The notes beneath the pieces were generated by a model. It saw nothing but the letters and a program-made list of their open reading frames with translations. It ran no database searches and was not told where the DNA came from. Shown here piece by piece: positions 26,405-39,779 of a stretch of 64,000 bases of DNA. Positions within the stretch are counted from its first letter, which is position 1, and the number at the start of each line of letters is the position of its first letter. This stretch comes from Octopus vulgaris. Lineage: Eukaryota. The stretch spans positions 26,598,001 through 26,662,000 of the forward strand of contig OX597826.1 in the NCBI GenBank assembly GCA_951406725.2, in the 5' to 3' direction. The position numbers and the translations under genes were made by a program.

Positions 26405-27745
26405 TTCTGCAGCTTGCTGGCTGACACCCAGCATGGTTTCCGACTAGGAAGAGGTTGCCTGACTCAGCTCTTACAACACTACGACTGGGTGTTGAAACAT
26501 CTGCTCAACCACTCGAATGTGGATGTGATATATCCCGACTTTGCAAAGGACTTCGATAAAGTCGATCATGTAATGATATGTCACAAACTGCGTGATCTCG
26601 GCATAGTTGGGAAATTAGGAGAATGACTATATGACTTTCTGAGAGAAAGAAATCAAGCAGCAGTAACCAATGCGGACACTTCTAATGACACGCAAAAAGT
26701 GAGTGGTGTTCCGCAAGGCACAGTTCTGGGACCACTACTGTAGGTAATAATCTTCTCAGATATGCCCCCAGACACACAGGGAGCTATGATCATAAGTTAT
26801 ACAAAAGTCTTACAGGTGGTGCAGATTCCTGTAGAGGCTATGCACCTGCAACATGAGTTACATGAAACACGAGTAGGTTAAGAAAAATATCATGCCGAAA
26901 AGTTTCAAGCCCTATACTATTAGCATGCAAAACTAAATGCAATACGAATTCGATTCACTGGACCTAGAGGGATTGCAATCCCAGAGACACAATCAGTGTG
27001 ACCCCTGGGCATTTATATGAGTAATGATGCATCCTTCCATGTGCATGATGCTAAGTTAGCAATGAAATGCAGACGGCTGACCCGATGGATTCATAGAACA
27101 TTTAAAACAAGAGTTTACGAAACCATGATGGTCCTCTGGAAGACATTTGTCCTAAGTCACTTTGACTATTGCTCCCAGTTATGGTCACCAACCAGTTTAA
27201 AATTAATTGCAGAAACTGAGGCAATCCAACGAAGCTACACGAAGAACATAGCCTCTATGCAGCATATAAGCTACAGGGAAAGACTCACGAGATTGAGACT
27301 CTATTCCCCGGAGCGTAGGCGGAAAAAATATGCTGTAATATACATCTGGAAGATCCTGGAGGGACTTGTTGCAATCTTCGGCACTGAGAGTTAGAACTAA
27401 CGCTAAAACAGTGCGACACTGCATAGTGCCATCGAAATATAGGACAAGATATTGCAATAGCCTGGGTTTAAAAAGCCCACAGCTCTTCAATAGCCCCTCC
27501 TCCGAAGTACCTGAAGGACCTACATGGGGTGGATGTAGATGTCTTCAAAGCAAAGCTAGATCTCTTACTGTCAAGAGTCTCAGATGAACCGACTTTACAG
27601 CAGGAAGTGCAAATGAAGGTAGTGGTGTAAACCTCCCCATGCACCAAATCTCAAGTTCTAAATAGAATTATTGAAATAAAAATTATGTAGGAACACCAAA
27701 TGGTGGTGCCCCAGCATGGTCACAGCTTGTGAGCTGAAACTAGTT
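26405..27745 (+). mobile_element. CR1-like LINE, 5'-truncated, degenerate RT through to the 3' end
   Basis: QHGFRLGRGCLTQLL..VDVIYPDFAKDFDKVDH, SGVPQGTVLGPLL, FVLSHFDYCSQLWSP, SYRERLTRLRLYS.ERRR. Tail stem-loop CAGCT tgtg AGCTGAAAC. Confidence 0.9.
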
Positions 27746-27851
27746 CAGTTGAATTCGATATGAAGTTCTTGCTTTTCATGATGAACATTCATCTACATTA
27801 TTTACATTATTTACCTTCGACGGATATTTGTCCTCATCTTTTTTTGGTGTT

Positions 27852-27897
27852 AACATAACGTTTCGGCTGATATACCCTGCAGCCTTCATCGGGTGTC
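27852..27897 (-). ncRNA. Minimal hammerhead motif (U4C variant)
   Basis: GACAC-CCGATGA-A-GGCTG cagggtatat CAGCC-GAAA-CG-TT-ATGTT. Confidence 0.6.
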
Positions 27898-27974
27898 TTG
27901 GGGAAATTTCGAACCTGGATTCTCATTCCTAAGGTAATTTTCGATGTCATTATTATTGTTATTATTATTATTAA

Positions 27975-28049
<75 letters not shown>

Positions 28050-28204
28050 AGGTCACTGCCTGGAATGAATTCGGAATCTTGGGGTTAGTAGCGCGCGCTC
28101 TTAATCACTACGCCTTATGCATTTGGGCTTATGGCGTAGTGGTAAATAATAATAACATCGAAAACTACATTAGGAATGAGAATCCAGGTTTGAAATTTCT
28201 CCAA

Positions 28205-28250
28205 GACACCTGAAGAAGGCTAGAGGGTATATCAACCGAAACGTTGTGTT
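28205..28250 (+). ncRNA. Minimal hammerhead motif (core intact, stem II partly decayed)
   Basis: GACAC-CTGAAGA-A-GGCTA..CAACC-GAAA-CG-TT-GTGTT. Stem I GACAC/GTGTT, palindromic AACGTT, GUU triplet. Confidence 0.68.
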
Positions 28251-29489
28251 AACAACAAACAAGATGAGGACAAATATCCGTCAAATGCAAGTAATGTAAA
28301 TAATGTACATAATTCCTTATCTCTTAAATATAGAACTGAACATTCATCTGTTCGAAAATTAAAGCGTCCGCTCCGAAGAATTAGAAAGTGGTTGAATATA
28401 CCGCAACATTTTGTACTGTTCATGTCATTCAACGTAATTATCAGGGTAAATTATTGTGGCATTTTATGATGAACATCGATTATTGTAGCACAGCTAGAGG
28501 CCATCCACTTTGTTCTTGATGCGATGAAGTGTATTTAGAGAAATATCTGCTTCTATAGCCAGACTGCTGCATATATCTTGTGAGAAAAAAATTAAGAATA
28601 AACAAAAAAAGAGAATCTCATTGCTTGGAATGTATCAAAACTTACAGTATAGAAATAATGGAGATCATTACATCTCACTGCAATCCTGGTCCGGAAATCG
28701 AAACTACGATGATTTTGCGAATGTAAGTGCAATAATTTAACATCTAGGACATGTGGTTTCACCTTGTTATATACTGCCTTGCAAATTCAGCCAGTTATTG
28801 GCATTTAAGTCAGCACTGGATTAACGATTAACCATTAAGTAAAATAAGTACGTGCTTACGGCATCAAGGGACGGGGGGATGGAGGCGAACAGAAATGGTG
28901 AATGGTTTACGGCACAAAAGAATTCCTTTTAAACATTCTAAAACCATATCCGTAGTGGATTATATGATTATTATATGATTATAATATAATTGTGAAGTGG
29001 TCACCTTGTCACAGTGAAGATCAAATCAAAAGCAGCAATAAAATTTTTTTTCAATCTTACTGCTTTAGTTTTGTTACATTTATGGATCACCAAAATCGCT
29101 ATGCGTCTCAATCCGACTCAACGTTAAGTGTGAGCGTTACTCTGGATAAACATAGTTGCCAAAATATCAATTCAAGACCAAGTTATTCGTTTGACTGAAC
29201 ATTTAATCTCCATCGTTAAACAACGGAGATCCACCATTATCACCACTGCCATCATAGAACGCAGAAATACATTCAGGTCAGGTCATAGCGGATGGGGGAG
29301 GGACTACGTACTGTCGCAGTGTGTCGCTGCACCCACTATTTGTAGGTATTTATTCGCATCGTCCTGGGTAACCCTCTAAGTAGTGCTCTAGTCAGGCTCT
29401 TATCTCTGCGAGATCATCTTTCATCTGCCATGACCATGTGGCACGAGTCGCAACTCCAGTCAGATTCTTTCGAAACACATTCAATAGAA

Positions 29490-29710
29490 CTAAATCCTCG
29501 AAACAAGTGTATTTCACCTTGATCCAATCCATTCAGGTGGCAAAAATGAGTAGTATCTGTTATTCAAAGGGCCAGCGATGTGAGAAATACGTTAAGAGCA
29601 TTCGTGTCTGTGGAGTGCTCAGCCACTTGCACATTAATTTCTCATGTAGGCCGTTCCATTGATCAGACAAAGTGGAACGCTTATCCTCGTTTCCAACGGA
29701 GTGCCGGTCA
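29490..29710 (+). mobile_element. SINE fragment related to family V-like, with a different tail
   Basis: TCCATTCAGGTGGCAAAAATGAGT resembles CACTCAGCTGTAAAAATGAGT in 3921-4237. Confidence 0.45.
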
Positions 29711-30119
29711 TATATTTGCGTATGAAACAATACATGCATTCCTTAAAACACTTTATCTCCCTAAGTTGGTGTTTTCTCTCTCTCTCTCTCTCCCAGCCTC
29801 TCTTACTCTCTCTCGTCTTGTCTCTTGCGCTCTCTCTCGTCCTCGTAGTGTCTCCTTTGCATCCCTCACGATCTTTTCTCATGGCTTTCTCTTTTTTCTC
29901 GTTCTTCTCCATCTAGACATGCACACATGTACGTAAATACAGATATCTAAATGACCTTGTCATTTACGGTGTATAGCTAACTCTCCCTGGATCCTGTTTG
30001 GTATATGACACTATATATATATATATATATATATAAAGTTTATATTATATATATATTATATATATATGTATGTATATATATACATATGATATATATATAT
30101 ATGTTTATATATATACATA

Positions 30120-30172
<53 letters not shown>

Positions 30173-30248
30173 TCCACACACACACTCACATATATTCAAT
30201 TCGAATAAACACAATTAAGAATAATCGAAGAACTCCCGAATGAAAAAC

Positions 30249-30282
<34 letters not shown>

Positions 30283-31754
30283 TGTGTATATGTATGTATA
30301 TGTGTGCGTATATATATGTGCATAGGTGGTTCTGTGTGTATGTGTATGTATGCACATGTCCGTGGTTGATGTGAGCGCTGAATATTCAGATGCATGCGCG
30401 TGCTTGCGTGTGCGTGTGTGTGTATATGTGTGTATGTGTATGCATGTGAGTATGTTCCTAGGTGCGCGTAACGCTGAATGCATGAGGGTATTTTGAACAC
30501 ATTCTATGTAATAGCCATAAATGAATAACAAACACACATGTGCAATATCAAACACATGCGCGCGCACTTGCACACATATGTGTATGTATATATGTGTGTG
30601 TGTATGTGTATGTGTGCGCGTGGGTTTGAGTGTATATATATATATATATATATATTTGTGTAGTATAAACAGTTAAAAGCGTAGCAATATATTAATATTC
30701 AGTATAAACTGATATCCTCTTGCCGAATTATTCATTTTTATATATTTTCTTATTTTAATATTTATTTATTTTATTATTTTTATATTTTACCATTTGTTTT
30801 TGTGCCTCATTTTTCCGTTCTGTTTACGCTTTTCTTTTATCGTATTTAATTGTTATTATTTTTTTTATTCATATTTATAGCTTCAGCTTATTCTTATAAT
30901 TTACTGTAACTAAATAAAATACGAAGCAATATTCAAAACAAATATTTTGTATTTTTTGTTGTTGCTTGTTTATTTCTTAAAATTTGTTTCTATTTTCTTT
31001 CTTTTTATTTGTTGTTGTATTTTTCGTCCTCCTCCACTTTATTCGGGAGTTGTCTTGTGGTGTGTGAGTTGAATTGAAAGGACTTGTGAACATAATCTTT
31101 TATTTTTATAATCAAATAATTTTTCTTTATCTATAATTTAATTAAAGTAACAATGGAAGCAACAACCGACACCCAAATCATACACACCGCCGTCAACCCA
31201 TCTCCACCATCTCCACCAAATCTCCATCACCACTAAGATTACTACCAACATCACCACCACCACTGGCACCAGCTTCACCCCCCCCCCCCAACGACCCCTA
31301 AAATCCTTTCCACAAGAGAAATTTCGACCACAAACTAACTCTTTCCTGTAGCTTTTTTGTAAGGCTGTCACATCGACGAATCCAATCGCTTATATCGCAA
31401 CCTAAACTACCATCACACCACCATCCATGCCATAACCTGCAGCACCACCGCCGCCAGCATCACCACGATTGCAGCATCACCACTACTCTCAGGAGCAACA
31501 GCAACATCATCACAACCGAAACAACCAGCAACACCAACATCACTCACGCTTGTAATACCAGTAAGATGTTCACTGCTGCACCGACACCGCAGACATTGTT
31601 TTGTAAATTTCAGTGCCAGAGAATTAGACAATCTGAATCTATAGAAGAAATTCCATGCCCATAATGGAGTGATCAGTGCATTGAGATCGAATCACGAAAT
31701 TCTCTTTAGAACATATATATGTATACGTGCATACACATGGACTTTTGAATCATG

Positions 31755-32524
31755 CATCATCATGGCTCGGCTTCGCGAACGAAGATCAGGAAGGCTGTTC
31801 ACGTCGCGTGCATGCACACTCATGACTGACAAGTTTAATATGGGAAAGGCAGGTCCGTGAGCAGTGTCCACAGACGAAGGTAACATCTGGTGTGGTGTCA
31901 GAGGCGCCTCGCGCCTTCCTCCTGCGTCTCTTGTCTTTAAGTGCGTTCCTCAAAATTGCTGACTGCGTTGAAGATCGTGTGGCAACAGACATCACGGACC
32001 GCAGCCAGGTCTGACCAGCATTGGTGGTTAATTTGACACGCTGTTAGAGACTTCTTGAGGCAGTCTTTGTAGCGCTTCCTCGGAGCTCCTCTCATTCGGT
32101 GGCCTGTGGAGATTTCGCCAAACAGGGCAATCTTTGGAAGGCGATGGTTCTCCATTCTGGAGACATGCCCTGCACATCGTAGGTGGTACTTCAGTAGCGT
32201 GGCGTCAATGCTGGGGATCTCGGCCCGCTCCAAAACTTCAATGTTTGTGACGAAGTCACTCCAGTTAATGTTGAGGATGGTGCGGTGACATCGCTGGTGG
32301 AAGTGCTCGAGGAGACGGATGTGACTGCAGTAAGTGATCATATCCGTTATGCCTCTGTTGGCTCTGAATCCACACTGGCTCTCGGGGAGGTTTTCTTCAG
32401 CAATGGTTGGTACTAGCCTATTGAGTAGGATCCTGGCAAGTATTTTGCAGGCGATGGAGAGTAGGGTGATTCCCCGGTAGTTGGTGCAGTCAGACTTTTC
32501 ACCCTTGTTTTTGTACAGTGCAAC
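31755..32524 (-). mobile_element. RTE-clade LINE 3' part with an in-frame deletion of the RT core
   Basis: YKNKGEKSDCTNYRGITLLS..ESQCGFRANRGITDMI is joined directly to ..FHQRC..LRCAGHVSRM..RLPK..GAPRKRYKD. C-terminal CxxC..H and a (GAT)n tail. Confidence 0.92.
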
Positions 32525-33467
32525 ACAAAATGCACGATTCAGCATGTATTCAAAACTCAATGCGAATCTTTATGAAGCTATGAAAAGAATCAGCGTAATT
32601 TAGCATACTTTTCCTTCTAGTGGTCTTCGTCTTTTTAAACTTTACGCAATCAATATGAAAAAAGACACCGAAAACAGGAAAAAACAGTTCAGAAATTATG
32701 TATCATGATATTCTTACACGTGTTTCAATGAAAATCTTAAGGTTGAATTTTATTCTGCTTCTTTCATCTTAAGATGAAAAGCAATAGCCACTTATGCTAA
32801 GCTGTGTTTGCATGTGTTATAATTTGGTAATAAAACGCTGCTATTTCTTTGCTAAGCTTTGATACATTATAGAATTCTTTAACTATCACCGCAGTGATAT
32901 TTATAATCATTAGAGTCCACTGGGAGATTATTCTGAGTTTGCAGTAATGAAACTGTTATGAGATTGAATGACACGACTGCTGAGTCATATTTCTATATCG
33001 TCTGTAGTGCTCGTTTTTTGCAAGTTGCAAAGTGTTAACCACTAATTTCTCCTAATATTATCAATATTCCTGTCGCACAAATTCCCTTTTCTTACAATCC
33101 TCTCTGTCTCTCACACTCACTCTCTCATTCTCTCTCACACACATAAAAATCCGTATATAGGATACCATCTCATACATTGATATATAAAGATAGATAGACA
33201 GCCGGATAGACAGACAGATAGACAGATTGACAGATAGATAGATAAATTGATAGATAGATAGATAGACAGATAGGTAGATAGATTGTTAAATACAGCTACC
33301 CATGGTTTTCTGCTCCAATCAATGATTTCAAGTAGTTAAGAAGACTGTTATCAGCTTGAAAAATGACAAGTTGCACCATGTTTCGACAAGGAAACATTGT
33401 GTAACTGTTTAACGAGAATTGTGTTTGTTAAGCGCAGGTGTGGCTGTGTGGTAAGAACCTTGCTACC

Positions 33468-35260
33468 CGCGCATGAGTGTTGTCAGTGTTGTTCGCACCG
33501 CTGAATAGAAGTCACCGCGCAGGTTTGAAGCTAGTGAAATCGTGATAAAAAAAAAACCTCAACTGCAAGGTAAGACTTGTATTTTGGGTGGGGGTTTGTT
33601 GTTTGCCGTGATTATTATTATTTTTTTTACAAAAAAGAAGTCCTTACTGGATTCTGGACTCTGGTCTGCCTACAGTTGAGTGTTTTTCTCACTTAATTGT
33701 GAGAATTGTTGCTTTAGGGGCGTATCTCCCCAAAAATTGTCCACTTTCATTGTGTGAATTCACCGAAGATACAACTTCTTTTACAAATTTTTGTGGACGC
33801 TGTATTCCAAGTCGTGGCGTTCCAGATTCAAGTCGGATTACCAAATAGACCTAGATTACCGAGTGGCAAGACATTTTGCTTGCTGTGCTTTTTGAACTGC
33901 AGACTGTTTTCTTTCCTTCTTTTTGTGATTTTGTTTTGATTTCTTTCTTTTTCTTCCTTCCCTTTTCAATTTTTATCTGAACTGTTTTTGGACATTTTAT
34001 TTAAAAAAAAAAGAACATGGCAAAGAACAAGGACAAAGTTTTGGAGTGGGAAATTGTCCCAAACAGTGGTTGAAAGACTGTGAAGAGAGGACGGTGGTGT
34101 TGAGGACTTACTCTAAGTTGCTCGACACCACCACCCTGTTTCAAAAGAATGTTATCGGAAGGGAGTTGGCAGAGTATCTGCCAACCATTAAATCCATCTC
34201 CAGGGAGGGGGGTGAAATATGCAACGGTGTGGTTGCTATTTGACAACACTGAGGAGGCTCGCAAATTTGCGAGCCAACCCTTGGAGGGTAGAGAGATTTT
34301 GTTTCTTCCCACGTATTGTGGGAGGAAGTTGACGAGGGCTTGGATCTGTGCCACCCGGAATAGAACCAGAGTGAATAGAGGACATGCCGGGGTCTGGGTG
34401 GCAGCGGAGCCAAGCTCCTCAATGTAAAAGTTTTGCCTGCGGTTTATTTGGTGGGGTCAAAGGCGGTTTTGACCCTGTAGCCCCAATCAACCAAAAATCT
34501 GGTATTTCCAGATTGTTTAAAAATGGCCGGGTGCAGGTACCCGGTGATTGTTGAGGGTCCCCCCCCAGGTGTCATTAGTGCCTGGAGCCCGGCCTATAAA
34601 GAAAAACTGTCCCCAGGAACAAAGTAAGGTCCTGTAGCAGTTGACTGAAACCTCTGTAGAAGATGAAACGAAGGCAGCCGAGGAGGCGGATGGCTCCTCA
34701 AGAGGAAGAAGGTGAGCAACAATGGGTGCTCACCGAAGGATCCTAGGGATGAGGGAGGGGAGACGAATCTCCCGGTCAGAGAGAAGACGCACCCTCCCTC
34801 AGTTGAGAGGGAAAAAAGAGGAAGAGGAAGAGAAACAGGACATTGCCGACAGTCGGTGACATAGTACCGGAATATCCCGGAACCTCGTCGATGGGGGTTG
34901 TGCCACCGGCAGGGGAAGAGACACCGTTGGCAGGAATTGTGCCGCCGGCGGTAGAAGTTAGCTGTGGAGGCCATAATATTGCCCGTGTTGCGTGGGCTGG
35001 AGCGACTCATTGAGGAATATCGCTTGTGGCGGGTAACCCCGACACGGCACCCGCTTTGTGATTGAGTGAGGTGTGGGTGATGGCAGAGGATGGGGTCACA
35101 AGCGATGTTGGGGAGGAATATGAATAAGAGGTTGAAAAGCCTCAGTGTTATTGAAAGTTCCTAGTTTGGAAAAAGGTAAGAGGCTTAGTGCCTCATTTTG
35201 TTATTGGATTGTGAACAGTGTCAGAGGTTTGTTGGTTTGTTGCCTCATGAATAATATATG
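33468..35260 (+). mobile_element. Tx1/L1-like ORF1-only element (degenerate gag-like ORF from ATG 34017)
   Basis: ERTVVLRTYS..LLFDNTEEARKFASQPLEGREILFLPTYCGRK..FPDCLKMAGCRYPVIVEG.PRCH*CLEPG(H)IKKNCP (knuckle 34570-34610, one stop and one frameshift). No EN/RT follows. Boundaries approximate. Confidence 0.6.
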
Positions 35261-35424
35261 AAATCAATGTTCTCGAGGAACGACGATCAGCGGGCGTCGC
35301 TGTTTCTCCCATTAATCATCATTTTCCTCTTTCATTTCATATAACATTATGTCTATGTCCAGCCCGCCGCTTCCTTTCTCTATCTAAAGCCTTTATGGCC
35401 AATATAATGAAATAAAGAAGCAAA

Positions 35425-35750
35425 CTATTTCATCTGTCTTTACGTTCTGAGTTCAAATTCCACCGAGGTCGACTATGCATTTCATCTATTCGGGGTCGAT
35501 GTAATCGACTTAATACCTTTGTCTGTCCTTATTTGTCGCCTCTTGTCGCCTCATATTGCCCCTTGTGGGCAATAAAGAAATATGAAACGTTAGCACGCCA
35601 GGCAAAATGGCGGTATTTCGTCTGTCTTTACGTTCTGTGGTCGACTTTGCATCTCATCATTTCAGGTCAAGAAATTGAGTACCAGTTGCATATCGGAATC
35701 GACTGGCTCCCTGCCCCAAAAGTTCGATCCTCATGCCTAGAGTTGAAAAG
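35425..35750 (+). mobile_element. Two tandem partial family M SINEs
   Basis: CTGTCTTTACGTTCTG occurs twice. The first copy ends GCCCCTTGTGGGCAATAAAGAAA. Confidence 0.75.
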
Positions 35751-36699
35751 ATTATATGGCCTCAGGTAAGTTCATATTGTATAAGCAGACAATTTCTTCA
35801 GACGATATTCATTCAAGTATTTGGGCAAAACTACGCTGAATCTATGAGGGAATATATATAACAGACGGAAACAAGAAAATGTTAAGATGGGGATAATAAT
35901 GATATATTCAATTGTATGTATGCATACACATGCAAAATGTTTCTATTCTCTCTTGTATGCTGTAAACTCAAAATTAATTATTGCATTTTCATTAACTGTC
36001 GTCGTCCCTTTTGCAATGCACACAATATTAATAAGGATGCTTGATGTAATGATTGAAACAACGAAAGTAAGGTAAGGGCCAAACATATATAAAAAAGTAA
36101 ATGATTGTAGCAATGACACAAGTTCTGTTACAATCTTGAGGGCCGCAAGAACCCAAACATTATGGGTTCTTGCCATACTATTATCAAGGAGATGGGAAGG
36201 AAAGTATATACGGTGCAGAAATCATGAAAATATACTGTATATGAATTTCGTAGACTATCTTGTAAATTGCAGAGGGAAATAAACACTCACACACGCACAC
36301 ACACACATACACACATACACACACACACATGAAATTTCCAGGAATCCAGGATAAGAAACGTCTGAAATAGCTGTAGTAAACCACAATTTACCGGTTGTTA
36401 TTATAGATACATACATGCGTACATACATTCATACATACATACATACATACATGCATACATACATACATACATACATACATACACATATGTATTTATGACG
36501 ACTCTTAATCTATCCTTTATCCCCCTCTTACTTTCTTTCCATTTTCATTTTCTCGCTCCCCCAATCTCTCACAATTCTTGGCCCTCTCTTTCTTTAACTC
36601 CCACTATTTCCCACTCACTTATCTCCCCTGTACCTTTCTCTTTGTCTCTGAGATTTTTTTTATAATCCTTCAAATCCGTTGTCCCCTACCCATCTCTCC

Positions 36700-37205
36700 T
36701 CCTTCCACATCACCGGTGTCCGGCCAGCCATGATCTGTCTTTCTTGGCCTGACTTCCGACCGTTGACACCTCTTGTGTCCGTCTCCTATGTTCCTGCCTT
36801 TAAGGCATTCACTTCATACACGCCAGCTGAATTTGTTTGATTCAGTCGAAAGATACCTGTTGATATTTCTTGTTTGTATTTGTAATTGTGTACCATGTAC
36901 TCTTTTTCCCGTCTTTTTTTGTCCCATGTTCTCCGCGTTTTGCCTTTGTTGCCGTACACATTCGCCGGCTTTCTTACGAAGAGATCTAATGCTCTCAGCT
37001 TAGACTTTTTGGGAGGCAACCAGCTCGAACCGTTTCAAGTGTAACTGCCCGAAATGGTCGTGACTTCCGGGATTTGACTGAGGAAAGAAGGCCGTGAATG
37101 ACCCGTCATTTTTGCCTGTCATTCTAATTGTTGTTTCTCTTGTCCGTCTTGTATCGTTTATCTGTCCGAATGTTTTATTGAACTCTATAGCGTTTTTGTT
37201 CCATT
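36700..37205 (+). repeat. Unclassified interspersed repeat
   Basis: Shares AGTCGAAAGATACCTGTT, TAATGCTCT, CCGAAAT and GACTGAGGA..CCCGTC blocks with 51020-51468; a partial copy lies at 50424-50720. Confidence 0.65.
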
Positions 37206-37248
37206 TACACACGCACGCTCACACACACACATACACACACACACACAT

Positions 37249-37305
<57 letters not shown>

Positions 37306-37402
37306 CACACATATATATATATATATATATATCTTTGTTTCTCCGTTTCCTGCCTGTATGTCTCTATGATTGTGTGCTTGTGCGAATCAGTGTGACTGGT
37401 TA

Positions 37403-37477
<75 letters not shown>

Positions 37478-38197
37478 GTCCGTACCTAATCTTCCATTTC
37501 TATATCTCTATCACACTTTTTCTTTCTATCTGCCTATCTCTCTCCCTCCCATTCTCTCTCTCTCTCTCTCACACACATACACCGACAGACAGACATTCAC
37601 ACACATACACACTACTATAACACAGAGAAAGTTAAAACGTAAAGAATCCACGTAGGTCCGAACCACCTACCAATTTATCTACTTTCCATTAATCTATCTA
37701 TTTATTTATTATATTAATTTCTCTTCCCTGTTTACTTACTGCTTCTCATCTTCCTGATCATTTCTGCCTCACTTTCTATTTCTGACTCTCTCTGTAACTC
37801 TCTCTCTCACTCTTACTTCCTCTCACTACCTCTCAAGTTATTTCTTTCTCCCGCTGTCACTCTCTCTGTCTCCGCATATCATTTACTCTCCCTCTCTCTC
37901 TCACTCCCACCTCCTCTCTCTGTCTCTTTTACAGTGATATTCAAATGATATTGTCTCAGAATGACAAATGTGTAGCAAAGAAGTTGCCTTGCTAATTCGC
38001 AATTATGAATAAAACATCAGACTTTTAGCAGTTTAAAACAACGTTTCAAATATCCATAATTTATGAGCCATTTTTCTTACTCTTTCTTTATTCTTATATT
38101 AATGTTATTTATTTTTTATTAATATCATTATTGCACTTATTGTTCTTCATGTTTCCACGATTTGGATTCATTCTGTTTTTGTATATTCATTCAGCGT

Positions 38198-38253
<56 letters not shown>

Positions 38254-38483
38254 AATTATTAGTTTTTTACAATTATTTTATTATGTGCAGTTATTTTCCT
38301 TTGTATTTCTTTTGCTAATTCTCTGTTTTCATTATTATCATATATTTCAGAAGGTTTGTTTTGTAATTTATACTTCATCAACAGATTTCCTTTCATTTTG
38401 ATTAACAGACACAATCGACTCGACGTTTCTGTACGATTCCGTGTGTATGTTGGTGTGTATGTGATTGCATGTACGTATGTATG

Positions 38484-38559
<76 letters not shown>

Positions 38560-38566
38560 TATATAG

Positions 38567-38758
<192 letters not shown>

Positions 38759-38910
38759 GTGTATATCGGTATATGTATAAGTGTATTTATATAATATGTA
38801 TATATGTATATGTATTTATTTAAATATATATGCATATGTGTATATATATATACATATATGTTGGTATGCATATGTGTATGTATATATATATATATATACG
38901 TATATATACA

Positions 38911-38991
<81 letters not shown>

Positions 38992-39234
38992 ATATGTGTG
39001 TGCGTGTTTTTTGTGTGTGAGTTGTATCTGCATGAGAACATATGTATGTTTTTTGAGTTTATGTGACATTGCTATAGTCGTTCTGATCAAATACTAGCGT
39101 ACGCATTCTTTTCACCCCGTTCTCGATACTTTTTCCTCAAACTCATTAAAATCTGCAGAAATCTACCCAGAGGTTATAACACAACTAAATATCTCTGTCA
39201 CCCCCAGACCCAGGATAAAGAAATAAAGGAATAA

Positions 39235-39283
<49 letters not shown>

Positions 39284-39356
39284 TATATATATATACACCA
39301 GCAGAAATACCCAGTGTTGCTCAAGATTAAAATGGCATAGTTTTTTTTATTTACTT

Positions 39357-39668
39357 CTTTCAGTCATGTGACTGCGGCCATGCTGGAGCACCGCCTCTTG
39401 TCGAACATATCGACTTCAGGATTTATTCTTTGTAAGCCTAGTATTTATTCTATCAATATCTGTTGCCGAACTGCTAAGTTACGGGGACATAATCACAGCA
39501 ACATCGGGTCTCAAGCGATAGTGGGCTATACATACACATACACACACATAGACATACACACACAAACACACACACACACACACACAAATATACACATATA
39601 CACGACAGTCTTTAACTTACCGTGTACGAAATCAGCTCACAATTCTTTGATTGGCCTGAGGCTATAAT
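39357..39668 (-). mobile_element. SINE family C lacking its head
   Basis: CAGTCATGTGACTGCGGCCATGCTGGAGCACCGCC is the reverse complement of the family C tail. Confidence 0.8.
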
Positions 39669-39779
39669 AATGCTTAGAGTTATGTCAGCGGAGCTCATGC
39701 TTCTTGCAGGGACTCCGATGCTGGACAGATGAAAGGCTAGAAAACTAAGATGAACCACTTTTTCCCCAGATGTAAAAAT

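Larger units (their letters stand above)
27790..28338. mobile_element. Head-to-head inverted dimer of a tRNA-headed element with a hammerhead-containing tail
   Basis: Arms ~27790-27960 and ~28145-28310 are inverted copies. A tRNA-like head lies on the minus strand at 28117-28048. Central hairpin CACTACGCC(28106-14)/GGCGTAGTG(28133-41). Confidence 0.8.

Noticed and set aside
28048-28117. Genuine tRNA gene (also considered for the other SINE heads)
   Set aside because: Acceptor stem and B box are imperfect, and each head is fused to a repeat body. These are SINE heads.
31140-31620. CAC/CAG-rich stretch resembling a low-complexity exon
   Set aside because: The ATG-led plus-strand frame stops within 28 codons, and no splice or domain evidence was found.
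32705-32785. Minus-strand GAAACACGTGTA with upstream CTTAAGA
   Set aside because: Stem III is PLE-like, but G5 is mutated and stems I/II are out of register. At most a dead relic.
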